Origin: Klebsormidium nitens
Lineage: Eukaryota > Plantae > Klebsormidiophyceae
Assembly: GCA_000708835.1 (NCBI GenBank)
Contig: DF236983.1
Coordinates: 1 to 64,000, forward strand
Direction: 5' to 3'
Length of the DNA stretch: 64,000 nucleotides
A model generated the notes under the pieces. The model saw nothing but the letters and a program-made list of their open reading frames with translations, had not been told where the DNA came from and did no database searches. Position numbers and translations under genes: made by a program. This document shows positions 38,117 to 55,300 of this stretch, piece after piece (position 1 is the first letter of the stretch; the number at the start of each line of letters is the position of its first letter).

Positions 38117-39580
38117 GTTTTGTAGTTGCGGCCAGCACATTGTTAGAAGGCTGACTCTCGGGTTACCCGAGGTATGTAGAACAGTAGAGTTTCGCGCTGA
38201 AGTTCCTTGCTTAGCAAGTTCGGGGATGGAGGCAAGTGCGCTGCATTAGCATTGAACTGGAAAGTGTTTTGCAAGAAGCCAGAGTAGCTCTGGATGAATC
38301 TAGATTGGGCCAGTGTTTATACTGTAAGCTTCAGTGGAATCAAAGTGATGGAGCAGCCAATTTGAATTTAGGTTAGAAGAAGGGGTTTGCAGAACAGGAC
38401 TGGGAAAGGTACATGTAGCACAGGAAGCTTGAAAGTCGGTCGGAGATCACAGTTCATTCAGTGCATACAATCATTGGTTAAGTGACAAATAAACGATTTA
38501 AGAAATGCCGTGACCAGGTTTCGTATCAGGCTTGTCAAGGAACAGCATCAAAGATCATATATACTGCATGAAAGAATTCAGCTGTGGACTCATGAAGGCG
38601 TTATGTGCAATGCGTCTCAGCTCATGGTCCCGGCGCGGTTTGAAGTTGGTGAGACGATCCTCGTATTGGATCTGGCCACAGTGCAATGACAGTAGTTAAT
38701 TCGAGTCTATCAGGATAACTTGTTCGAATGAAGAAGACATATCATATATGTTGAGCACCATGCATGGCATGCATATGGGCCCGGCCCTCCATCCTTTTGC
38801 ATGCGCGTATGCTTAATTAATACATGGTATGCATGATTAGTATGTGCTCGATCGATTGTGCTTGTATAATTGCACAGAAAGCTGTTAATGGATACGTATC
38901 TGCCAGGCTTGAGGCTCGCGGTGAATTAGTGCTCGCATGCAAATCGTATTTGCAGGATGCATGGGATCCGGTGATATGCATTTTTTGTCGTCGGACCAAT
39001 CCAGGTTAAATGACGATACTCTCCTTCTCGCAACCCGAATCATTCAGTCTGCATTCTTTTCTACGGGGAATGCATTTTGCGATCAACGGCGGCCCAGAAT
39101 TTTGCATTTAGCAGCCGTCCTTCAGAAGCGGATGTACATGCTGCATGTCAGACTGTTCTTCTCGGTTTCGGAGCCCGGCTGCTACTATTCTGCGCTAAAA
39201 ATGGCATGCGAGGATCGCTGCATGGCGTTGTCGGATGCAGTACTTCAATATTTGAACAACAACGCGAGCAACGACATACCTTGACGACTGACGGCCTGTC
39301 AGTACGCTCACTTTCCCACTTGTGCGCACATCTTGACGGCCGGGCAAATTGCAAACACTTTCCAGAAGCACTGAGGCCCTGCTACTGAGCAAGTAGTCCG
39401 GGAGAAGTAGTCCGGGACATTGAACTTTATTCTCGTCGTTGCAGCCTGCACTAATCGATGCCAAGTCCCAGAGCAGCGTCGTCAACACACATGAGCAAGA
39501 CCTCGTCTTGCCGGCTCTTCCTTCCAATCTCCATGCACTAGCGTATAAGAATAGTTGGAGCGGCAAGTGCAGCGAATAAA

Positions 39581-44148
<4,568 letters not shown>

Positions 44149-44673
44149 AATTTTTTCCGCTCCAACACTTTCCGCCGTGAATACGGCCCTCTGAACAGTG
44201 TCCGCTACAGAAAAGTGGTCGTTAGTGCAATGGAGGCGCTTTTGCCAAGGACCATTACCGTCAGGGTGAATCGCGGTTCGCCTCAGAACAATGTGCGAGC
44301 CCGCCGAACAACTCAGAGACGGTGCTTGAGCAGTCCTCTTTGCAATGCAGGCTGTAGATCTCAGGACGGCAGAGAAAGCAGAGTTGCTGAGGCTCAGGGC
44401 TGTCATTCCATTGCACCAACCAAACAGGCACTCGAGATCCCGCACGACACTTGAATCAAAACAAGAGCTCAAGGGTCATGGGAGCACTCCCAAGGTCCAG
44501 GATATTGCAGCTCGTTCCTCCCTTGAAGGCCGTCTTCCTTCACTTTCCGATTTTCTAGCCTGCTGATCAGCTCAAAGCCTTTGGCTAGCTGACCCCTGAT
44601 CTTTGAAGTCAAACTGCCTAGCCTAGGACTAGCTACCTAGAGCCACAGCCTTTATAAGCTAGGTCGCCAGCTA

Positions 44674-44941
44674 CCGTAGTGGCACGGACAATTCGCGCCA
44701 GGCTCTTACGAAAATTATTTTATTTCAGTTCCTGGTTTCGCACCAGGGTTTTGAGGAATATTAAATTTTCGCAGTAGCCAAGATTAACAGTGTTTTAGGC
44801 CCTTTTTTGCGTGTTTTTAGGCTTCATTTGATTTATTTTGGTTCCGCACTTTCGCACCAATCTTAAAATAATTTCCGAAAATTTTCGCACGAAGGCCTGA
44901 CGATTATTTTTGGTGCGACTTTATTGTCCGTGCCACTACGG
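44674..44941. mobile_element. Tc1/mariner(pogo/Tc2)-type MITE, 268 bp, TA target-site duplication
   Basis: Perfect 22-bp inverted repeat ctaccgtagtggcacggacaat (44671-44692) / attgtccgtgccactacggtag (44923-44944), i.e. TA|CCGTAG...CTACGG|TA. AT-rich non-coding interior with repeated tttcgca motifs. Confidence 0.85.
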
Positions 44942-45328
44942 TAGGTATGGCGCCAGCATGATGGCTGGCCGCCGATCTGCAGCTTCACACGTGGGACGCG
45001 ATTCTCGGGATCTTCAGATCTGCCAAATACGCAATCAAAAAAGGCTCTGATTGGTTGGGTTCTCAAAGAAGATCGCTTCTTTCAGGGTGCAAGCTAGCGG
45101 ATGCCAGCAAGGAAGAAGATCCAAGTCATGCAGCATCCGACTCGTGCCAGCTTCTCTTTGTCACGACTCCATCGTGCGCACCTAACCTTATCCGATCTCG
45201 CAGGAAGGAAAGTAGGTACCCAGTATAACGGTAGTTCAGTTCGAAGCACAATCTGTGAAGCCTTTCGTCTTGCTCGCGATCCCTCCCCTCTGTCCGGATT
45301 GAAATTTGCGCTGCTTCTCAATCTCAAA

Positions 45329-46999
45329 ATGGCGCCCCTCAAGGTTGGCGATAAGCTCCCCGATGGCACCGTCAAGGGCCTGGACATGAAGGATATCTCC
45401 ATCAAGGAGCTGACCAGCGGCAAGAAGGTCATTATCTTTGGGGTCCCTGGTAAGCACATGCATGTCTCTTTGAGGACCTATCCTCCATGCAGACCTACAA
45501 TTGTGGCAGCATGCTCAGCTATGAGGTGTGAGGTTGGGCAGCAACTGGTCTTTTCTAGCGCCACAGCGAGCATGGATTGGCTGTTCTTGATCTGTCTCAT
45601 CAATCTGGCGTGTCCGCTCTTGCACCAATTGAGATTGATGCTATGAAGATTGTTTAGGACAGCATATGTCAGCTTGTGTGTTGAATGCATTGGAACCTAT
45701 TGAGGAAACATGAGGGGTCATATGGTGGAAATGAGCTGCGGACATGACTCCCTGAGATTCTTGCTAGGAGTGGATTAGTACGGTCTTTGCGGTTTTGCAT
45801 TGCTGAAAGAGACTCTGGGGTGCAAATGGTATGTAAGCATTTCAATCTGCAATTGTCATCGGGCTTTCAACCCGTGCAGCTGAAATACAGTATGTTTGGA
45901 GAGCTTAAAACAACTTTCTGAACGTTGATATTTTCCAGGGCTGACATGTAGTATGCCTAAATTGAGTCGGCGGTGTTGATTTTTCTCAGAGTAAGTTGTT
46001 CAATTTGTTTGGCTGCTTTTAGGGAAACTCCAATTTTCTGCCTTTAAGTGAACCATGCTTCTCCTTGCATGGAAATGGATCATGTTTGTGCTGGAGTAAG
46101 GCAAAGGACTGTCAGAATATGATGGAAGAGTGGTTCTCGATCAGGCTCCTCCGGCCTGCCATGTACCTCTTGAAACTCTACCCCTTCTCGCCAATTTCAG
46201 GTTCGCTCGAGGACCTCGTGAGAATTCTGTTCTTGGAGCTGGAGTTTCTCCAATCTCTTGTTGCAATTTGATAGGGCGCAATTCACATCGGGTTTCTGGT
46301 CACCGGTGGTGCGTTGGAAGCAGTTATATGTTTCTGTCTTCAGGGAATCTTACCAACCTCTATTCAAACAAACCTTGTCAACCTCTATCCAAGTAAACCT
46401 TGCCCTTGTGCATGAAACGGACCTGCGTAGAACCCTTGAAATTGAGTTATAAAATTGACAGTTGTGGGTTTCGCACCGCCAGACCTACCGTGCGTGTCTC
46501 GAAATCTGCTGGCCCCCTCCATCAGTCTGAAGTCTGTTTGAGGACCTTTTGAAAAGCCGCCGTTGTGTCCTAACCTACTGGAGGTGGGTGAGAAGTGGCT
46601 ACAACTGTCACGACCATATGCGCAGGTGCGTTCACTCCGGTCTGCTCGAGTCAGCACCTGCCGGGATACATCAAGAAGCACGACGAGATCAAGTCCAAGG
46701 GCGTTGACACGATTGCAATTCTGGCCCCCAACGACCCCTTTGTGATGAAGGCTTGGGCTGAGCAGTACCCAGACTCCGAGGGCAAAATCCTGTACCTGGC
46801 TGACGGCACCATGGACTACACAAAGAAGCTGGGTTTTGAGGTGGACCTTTCAGGCCATGGTCTGGGTGTTAGGCTGCGTAGGTTCTCGTTGCTCGCGGAA
46901 GATGGGGTTGTCAAGGAGCTGAACTTGGAGGAGAGCGGAGGCCTCACCACCAGCGGCGCCGACGAGATGTGCACGATGTTGCCAATGGCGGGCCAGTAG
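45329..46999 (+). CDS. PRXII: Type II peroxiredoxin (PRX5-like)
   Basis: Exons 45329-45449 and 46626-46999: MAPLKVGDKLPDG..KKVIIFGVPG|AFTPVCSSQHLPGY..NDPFVMKAW..LADG..GLGVRLRRFSLLAEDGVVK. Peroxidatic Cys in FTPVCS. Confidence 0.93.
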
Positions 47000-48132
47000 A
47001 ATCTGGGTCGTTTGAGTCTTGTTCTGATCACTGCTGCAGAAAAAACACGTACTGTTTGACAGCGACTTCTGTATTTTAGCGTCAAAGATTTTTTAGTTTG
47101 TGCTGAAACACTGGTAGGCAAGACTTGCATCCACTTCCAGCGATTTGTGTCTGTGACGATGGTCTGCTCAAGTGTTCATACGATCAGTGATTGCATAACC
47201 TTGGCAACTCATAACACATAAACTGATTTGCGTGTTAGTTGCTGATGATGGTGCCGCCGATTGTTGCATGGGCATCCAAGGTTATCAATCAAATCGTACC
47301 GGCATGCAAGCATGGCCCAAGCCCCTCAGGCTTCGGGTCATTGAACTTGCCTGGTTATTGCACGGAATGTGGATGTTGAACCGTGTTTGAGCTGCCTGCC
47401 ATGGAGTCCAATATGGCTAGCATGCGAGCTGTGCGCACTAGGCAATCATATAGTTCTGATCGAACCAATCTGTAGCTAGTGAATGTACGTAGAAGAAACG
47501 TACCAGGATTACAATGCTTACATATGTTGCTCAATGACGCCAGCACATGTAGGAATATACATGCAAACCGCCGATTAGACCTAGGCCCGGGTGCAGCAAT
47601 TAATGGGCAGCTGCGCATGAGCCAATTAGACAAGTTGCGTCTCTCATGATCATGCGGATCGATTCGCTTAGTTGCACATGTCACTGAGTCAATGCATGGG
47701 CCAATTCACAACCTTCAGATCTATATGCTGATCATATCGAGGCATGCTAGGCAAACTGTACAGTATGGCTTGAAACTCCGATAAAGTTGGATCGAGTTTG
47801 GTCATGAAACTCATTTGCAAGTAATTGACTTGGCCAGCATTTGAGGCCACCAGCTGCACAAGCACTGAGCTAGCATGCTCTGTTTGCTCGAGATACATAT
47901 TGCGCTCGATCGATTGGTGACTTGCAAGTGTCCTATCAGAAATGCATCTTGTTTGCATGGATGCACCACACATGACAAACGCTCCAACGAAAAGTGCACA
48001 CGCAGCTGGGCGGGCAATGCTTGTGGTGTGCTTGTCTGATGTTTTTCGATGTGGCAAGGATTCTCCAATGACTCCTCGAAGGTCCTCGAAGGTGCAAAGT
48101 AGCTTTTGCGCGTCGAGCATGATAGAAGTGAG

Positions 48133-51100
48133 TCACGACACTCGGGTTCCAATAAGAAAAAGTGTGCTTAGATACACATAGTGCAGCGCCATATGCTGCA
48201 AGGAGTAGTTGTCTGACAAACCAAACTCTTCGAAGAGGGGATCCACGACCACAAACTTTCCCAGCAAAGACTTGCTCTTGAGCGACTCGTCCCAAACGGC
48301 GAAAAATTCCGTGAGCATCGGAACCGCCTGCGCAGATGATTGCGTGGGCAAGTACTCGACCTGCACGGAACGACAAACCTCTTATGAGAGGTGATAGAGG
48401 TGAAGGAGTTCCTTCCCTTAATCCAATAGAAGCTCATTGCGTCTGGTTGTGATCTTTGGCTTGAAGATCCCCAATCAAGAATCAGAGCGCCGTCAATGCA
48501 GACGCGCCCAAACATACGATGGTATTGATGCTTACAACCCAAAAAGAGGGCCCACACAGCGGACACAAAAAGCTTCTTATTGCAAGATGATGTTGCGCGA
48601 CAGGCAGTAACAAGGTCCTCAACGTGTGCCTCTTTCATGGAACAGCCGCTTATCTCACCTCCAGAGTAATTCCGCGAAGCTGTTCATTGATAGAGAAGAC
48701 CGCTCGCCCCAGCCGCAACCGGAAGTCGCCCATCTCATAAACTCGGCCCTGTATTGAAGAGTGAGGAAAGGGTTTCAAACACAATCGCACTCTTCCGAGC
48801 AGAGTGAGCGCACCCGCTCATTCCTTCGAAACGGACAACGTCAATTCATTTCGAAACGGCTTCGCTGAAAGACGGGTTCGACGGTGAATACAAAATATCT
48901 TTATGCCCCCAACCACTTTTTCCTTGCTGTTCCTTCCTTGCCTTTACCCTGTGAAATAATTCGGCAACACCTTGAGAGACTGTGCCCCCAAACCTGTTTC
49001 CCTACTGTTCCTTCCTTGCCTTCAACCTGTGAAATAATTCCACAGCACCTTGAACGCCTTCTCATTCTCGAAAATTCTCGAAACATCTAAAGCATCACCG
49101 TTCCTCACCTCGAAGGTCACTGCCGTCCGTTGCTTGTACAGCTGCACCTTGTCCAGGATTGCTAGCAGCGACGCGTCCGCTACTAGCACCTGCTTCTCCT
49201 GCACATCAACCGTCGGCTTTCAAACACCAGCGGCAAAATTTACAGCACGGTTGCCGTAAGGTTGTTGTAGTAGATGGCGACTCTCACGCCCATGAGCAGC
49301 GGGGGGTGGGCAAGCTCAACAGGGACGGCCCCTGTGAGGAGGTTGTCGCTCGTGGTTTACATGATCACGCTTGAAACTTCTCCCCAGTTCAGGGGGGATG
49401 GGGCCAGTCCGCGAGTTGCGGGCCAGGTGGAGCTCCTGGGTTTCCGAGCTCTGTGAAAATGGCCCCCGTGAGGGAGCAGCCATACCGACCGAGAATCGCG
49501 AGTTTTTAAAGTGCTCTCTGATCCGACACGTGTGTAGAGACCTCATCTTCGTGCAGATCACAAGTCGATGTCCAATAGTCACTCTCGCCTCGTGAAATTC
49601 TTTGACAGGGTTCTCCAGAGGTGCTTGAGCGGTTCTTGAGGGCTAAGACGGGTTGGCTTGTGTCGAGGAAGAACGTACTCATACCGACAACCAGAGATGT
49701 GCTCCGGTCGACATCCTTGTGTTAAACTGAAAGTCGTCCTATAATGAATGATGAGATGCAGGCCTCATGGGACTTATTACGTGTGACTCTCAGAAACTTC
49801 TATTGAGCCGAAGCCTTTTGGTCATGAAACTCTCTAGGGAAAGCGTCTTCCTATGCAGAAACAAGATCACCCAAAGTCAGACGCTGTTCCGTGTTCAAGC
49901 AGGCGCACGCACAGCTAGACAACTGTCAGCCGAAGCCTGCTGAAATCCGTGATTTCTCAAAGCATCATGCTCTGGGTCGGGCATGGAATCTAGGAATGGA
50001 AGAACATTGGTTTGGAGAAGGTCTGGGTTAGCTCGATTGAAAGTTGCCTGCTCAAATCAAGTGAATCACACTCGAACTACAGGGCATAAGTGAGTGTAGT
50101 CAAGAAAGAAAGCCGTGCTTACCTGCCTAACCACCAGCCACAGTTTCTCGGGATGCTCCGTCCCTGTTATCATGAAGAGATCTCGCACAGCGGCTGGCTC
50201 CCCACCTTTGGCCTCTGCAATATAACTCATGAATGTGACCCAAACGTGATGGGGAGAACTTCACTGTGACACACGCAGAAGTGAACTGGAGTAGGAGTAG
50301 GCAATCTGAGAATAACATACTTGACAGAGGCAAGCAGGGGGAGATCCTGTGAGCAGGTCCACCAAGCCTCGACGCGCGCCACGTTTTGCACAATTCCTTT
50401 TCGGGGAAAGTTATATCGCAAACATCGCATAGGCGCCACCGAAATTCATGTTTTCAAGGGTGATAAGCAAGGAGCCTAGCGAAGTCATCAATCAGCAGTC
50501 CTGGTCTGCCCTTGTGACAGTTTCGACTTGACAAAAATACACAGGCGATGAGGATTGCATTGTCGGGGCTCATCAGCAGTGCTTGATTCGATGAGATTCT
50601 AGTATCTCGATGGTTTCAAGAGCGTCAAACACGTCCTCGCACTTCATGTTTCCTGATATTCAGACATACAATCTACACTTTCCATGTCGTCCATGTTGTC
50701 CACTCCACCTGGAAAGCTTGAAATGTTTACAACAGGCCGCAGTTGATGCCGGGAAGTTTGACAAAACGGTGTGTGCCTCATCCCGGTGCCTCATCCATCC
50801 TCCTACTGAGTGGAAACTTGAAGATCGTCACTTCACCTCGCACAATTGGCCGGTAGAGTGTACTCGTCAGCTGCCACCGGCCGCCCTGCTGCGCCCCAAT
50901 TGCCTCTGCGTTTGCCAGAATCTCCTCAAACATGGGCGTGGTCAGTGGGAGGCTCGTCGGGGGTTGCCATCGTAGGAGCCTGCCAGAAAGAGTGCAAAAG
51001 CATGTGTGCATATTGGGTCCGCACGACTGGAGACTTTTAAATTGATTCAGTTCAATCTGTTCATGTTCTATACATTAAAATTGTGTCGTGTGACAGTCCT

Positions 51101-51427
51101 AGCTTTAGAACCACGTGGCGTGCGATGGTGTTCCTTTCCTTCTCCGCCTTCACCACTGCCATAACTTAGGAAAGGAGCACTCTTCAAAAACATACAAAAC
51201 TCCGGTTTGGGCAAACAGATCAGTTTAATCACAAGCTGTACTTTTGTAGTGCCCGTCCGACTGAAAATTTCCAGATTCTTGATTTTAATTGGACTTGAGC
51301 CCGTACCGCACATCCAACGTCCGTTCAACCCCTCGTTGCGAACGAAGCTGCCTGCAAAGTGAAATCCAATTTTCGATACGCGACAGCTGAAAAGCCAGAG
51401 TTGACTGACTCACCACTTCACCCCCAT
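48133..51427 (-). CDS. MED20: Mediator of RNA polymerase II transcription subunit 20
   Basis: Exons 51427-51414 (MGVKW), 50979-50837 (LLRWQP..GRWQLTSTLYRPIVR), about 49198-49109 (EKQVLVADASLLAILDKVQLYKQRTAVTFE), 48748-48659 (GRVYEMGDFRLRLGR..LRGITLE), 48360-48133 (VEYLP..GKFVVVDPLFEEFGLSDNYSLQHMA). One middle exon (about 49250-50450) is unresolved. Confidence 0.88.
48904..49052. repeat. Intronic tandem duplication, period 79 bp
   Basis: tgcccccaa..ctgttccttccttgcctt..cctgtgaaataattc..caccttga at 48904 and again at 48983, in a MED20 intron. Confidence 0.8.
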
Positions 51428-51984
51428 CTTCGAACCCACTTGAGGAAGCTCGAGAAGGCTCAAGCCGAGAGTGCACCAAGACACCTTTGCAGTATGCTCA
51501 CTTTTTAAGTGACGAAGGTAAGCATAGCTCTTTAGCGTCCTTTATTGCGCCACTGCAGTGAACAAACAGCGATGCATCCAGCTCCCTGTTGGCGGTCAGC
51601 CGTTCCATCAACTAAAAGGAGTGGCACAGCTTCAATGGATCTTCAGAGCCCATCGGAACTGCACATCGTGGCAGGTTCAAATTGCTCCTCACGCAAGCTT
51701 GACGTACAAACTTCCTGGACCTCATAGTTCACTGAGGATGCTGGACTGTGGACAATGCGAGCCTGATGCTGGAAAATGCCACCATGTTGGCATTGGTCAT
51801 GCAGGGCTCGTGTGTGTGGGTGAGTGTGCGCGCGTGCAACAGAAGTGATCGGCGCCGGCCTTTCCTGCATTAACTTGTGCCCTCGTTCTAGTTTGCAGTG
51901 AAAGTGCTATGCGCAACTGATGACCTCAGCATACCGGCCGGTACTCACCGTTGGTATCCAGAATCCCGGCGCAGATTGTCAAAA

Positions 51985-52020
51985 GACCAAACCCTAATGT
52001 GACCGTGACGTCACAGGAGG
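51985..52020. promoter_or_regulatory. Telo-box-like AAACCCTAA next to palindromic GTGACGTCAC in the MED20/ABCG divergent interval
   Basis: Sequence ccaaaccctaatgtgaccgtgacgtcacag seen directly. Both are known plant promoter motif types; function here is untested. Confidence 0.3.
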
Positions 52021-52327
52021 CTCAGCTTTCAGTGCCAGTTGGCTGAGGGCTCTCGCGAGCAGCCCAATGCGAGCAGGACCTGAGCAGGAAAGCAGGAGGA
52101 AAGCGCCTTTTCTGTCTATTGTTTATGTATCATTATGTTAAATGCTTGCCTCCTTTCATCAGGCGTTGGCGCACTCTTTAAGTAGGTAGATACATCTGCA
52201 ACCTTCACATTCGTTGCATTCCGCAAGCTTATGCCATGACTGCTGAGGTGATCGGTTCTAAGGCGCGCTGATCCGCCCTTCTTGAAAGCTTGCCAACCAG
52301 GCGACTGCTAAGCCAAGCAAGCCTGAA

Positions 52328-55300
52328 ATGGCTGCACAACTCCCAGGGTCGGTGGACTCCCCAACATCCAGCTCCCAAACGCAGCCCCTGGAAAGAGAAT
52401 ACCTGACGACGCTGCAAGAAGCGAGCCGGGCCCTATTCTCCCAGGCCCCGCAGGCAAGCGGGCTGCGCAACCAGGCAAAACTCTCACTGACATCATCGAC
52501 GCTCGGGTCTGATGGCCGCCCGAGCCCCCTCACAGCGTTGCAGCAGCAGCAGCAGAATGAGGCGTTTCCAGAACAGTACTTGGCGCCCGTCCAGGGCAGG
52601 GGTTTGGACTTGTCAAGGAGCACGCTCGGGGTGAGTGCCGCAGAAGCTTTTCACAGATCAACATCCGAACCACCTGTCAAAGTTTGTGATGTATGAGTTG
52701 ATAGTGAGTTGGGGCAACTGATCTGGGAATGTGGAGTTGTTTCAGGCACTGTTGCTAAGAAGCTCCACCTGAAAAAGGCGCCTGGATTGTGCGCTCTTTG
52801 TCAGACATCTACATGATGACTTTGTGTGAATACGCCTCACTCAGCAACGGTGAAGGTAGTGGTTTGTTGACAGAGCAGGCTTGAAGTTTACCAATATGCC
52901 TCAAAGCGCCCACAGATGGGAAGGCCTCCTGCTGCACAGTAGAGATTTTGGCTATCAGCAAGCATTTGAAGGAAGGTGCATATTAACTCCAAGATTGATT
53001 CCTTCCATTGCACACAGCTACCACTCAAGTGTTTTCAGCTACCACTCAAGTGTTTGGCATCATCAGAGTCTTCAAAGAGACACTTGACACTTTGCTACTA
53101 GGATCAGGGGATGTCAGTTCTTGACACCGTTGACAACAGCTCAACCTATTTTTCTTTCTGGGAAGATCATATACTGCTGGGGCCATCTCAGTTGTATAAG
53201 CAGCCTGTAGACAATCAAGGACACAGATGTCATATTGCCCTGCTTAAGAAAAGCTCACCACAGCTTCCTCCTGTCCTAAAAGCAACACTTTCGGATGCCC
53301 TCTGGATCTTTCTCGATGTTCCCTGACTCTTTCACATGAATGGCATGCACCTCAACGCCCGCTTTCTGATGAGTGCTCCCTCGTTGTCACAGCAAACGGA
53401 GAGAGACGCTCTCGTTGACGCCGTTTTGAAGTACCAGGAGCTGTTGGTGCGCCTGGGCCACGCACAGGAAGCGCAGGCCATCTCGTCATCCCTTGTGGCT
53501 GCCAGGCGCGCGCAGCGCAGGCTGAGGTACTGTCTTGTATAAATGTTTGCCAAAGCGCGTCACTTTGTACCAGATTTGCTCAGCCTTGATCTTGTGCTTT
53601 CCAAGGTACTGACATGCAAAGAGTATCTGCATTGAACATAGTAGTTGTTTAAGGTGTTGGCTTGTGTATGTCGGTGTTCCCATCAGAACCTCATAGGGCT
53701 TACCAAAGAGGAAGTCATCATAACATCAAGACGTTGGGCGTCGTTCAGCCCTTTCATTCCCAACAAAACTGAACTCGTGTCTTATGCATCTTGAGCTCCT
53801 TCTGGGGTGCCAAAGACGACCTCTAAATTGCAGGTACTTTTGTAGACCCTGCTCGCTGTCACGTCACAAACTTCTTCAAGACAACCACTCTCAATATGTG
53901 CAGTTTTCGCCCCAGTTCCCTGGTTGCTCCGTTGGACGACTCTGCGACCGGGCTCGACATCCTCCTCAAGGACGGTTTCCTTGCGTTCCTGCAACGGCTC
54001 ACACCGCACCTGCCACCCGTGCCACAGCAGGTGCGGCATCACCTGAAAGTTGTGCGGTCTGAGATCCTTCAGATTCCGGTCTCGAAGTTTGGCTTTCTTC
54101 CATGGAAGTCGTAGTTCTGTGTACTGGTCCTCGAGGGGGCATTTAAAAAGCAAAAATGTCCACGAAGACACCATGTCGTGAGTCGGATTGATTTGTGTCA
54201 ACCGTAAGTTGGTCAGGGTGCTATGTATGGAGACGCACTTTCAGTTTGGGAAGTTTGTACTCACGGTTGAGAAGGTTGTCTACAAGCCATAATGGTTCTG
54301 ATTTGCAAGACTGAAACTTTCGAGAGCCTTGGTCGAAGTGGTCGAAGTGGTCCATTCCCCTGCATCACGAACGTGCTGACTTTTTCCTCTCGTTTTTGTG
54401 TCATCCAAGCACAGCCTATGAGCGTTGCTTTCTTATCCAACTTTACCTCGGTTGACGCTCAATTGTTTTCGGAGACGTTTGCAACACTTCTTCGTCGCCG
54501 AAAATCTGCCACTACGTGGATTCGGCAGACTGAAAAGCGTCGCTGACTGAGTCTTTCTTCTTTACTTGACAACCCTGAGGCCCTGTTTTTTGGCAGGTGG
54601 TCAAGTTCAAGAACGTGAGCTACACGTCTCAGATCCGGCGCACCACCAAAGGCTACGCCACAGTCGGCAGCAAGCTGGTGGACTGCTTCGCGCCCTGCAT
54701 GAAGGAGAAGGCGCCCATTGAGATGTTCCACATACTGGTGAGTCAATTTTTTTGGGTTATCCTCGACGTTCTACGTACCGGTCAGGCAGCTTTCGAGATA
54801 ACCCACACATGTCACGTACTCGGCAGGCGGCTTTTGAGATAACCCTGACGTTCCGCATACTGGTGAGGCGGCTCTACTGCGAACCAGATCATTGAAAGAC
54901 GGATCGTCTTTTCGCCTGGCTCCTGTCGTCTCCCGAGCTGGTCCGCGTTGGTCGGTTTGCAGGGAGTGTCAATCTGCTGGCTAGATTATGAAACGTATGC
55001 TTTCTTTCCATTTCTCGAAAATCAGATCCTTTGGGTTTCGAAACGGCTTATCTTGCAGGCCAAAGCTCAGGCGCTGCGCCGTGGAAGCAGACTGTGAAAG
55101 ACGTCAAGCCCCCCGGTCCTTCCGACCTGCAAAAACTCCAAATCTCGATTTGCTTCCCGAAGACGTCAACCCTTCTTTCCGGATCATGTGCAGGACGACT
55201 GCACGGGCTACCTGATGCCTGGCACGCTGACGCTGGTGCTGGGGCCCCCGGGGTGCGGCAAGTCCAGCTTCCATCAGGTGAGGACGCGATACAATACTCG

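Noticed and set aside
37139-38154. Long antisense and alternative-frame ORFs over the last beta-amylase exon
   Set aside because: Shadow ORFs caused by high GC3 codon bias; no recognisable protein features.
53015-53055. Micro tandem duplications in introns (21-bp here; similar at about 17947, 19652, 34324, 39391, 54330, 56030)
   Set aside because: Ordinary slippage-type duplications with no sign of function.
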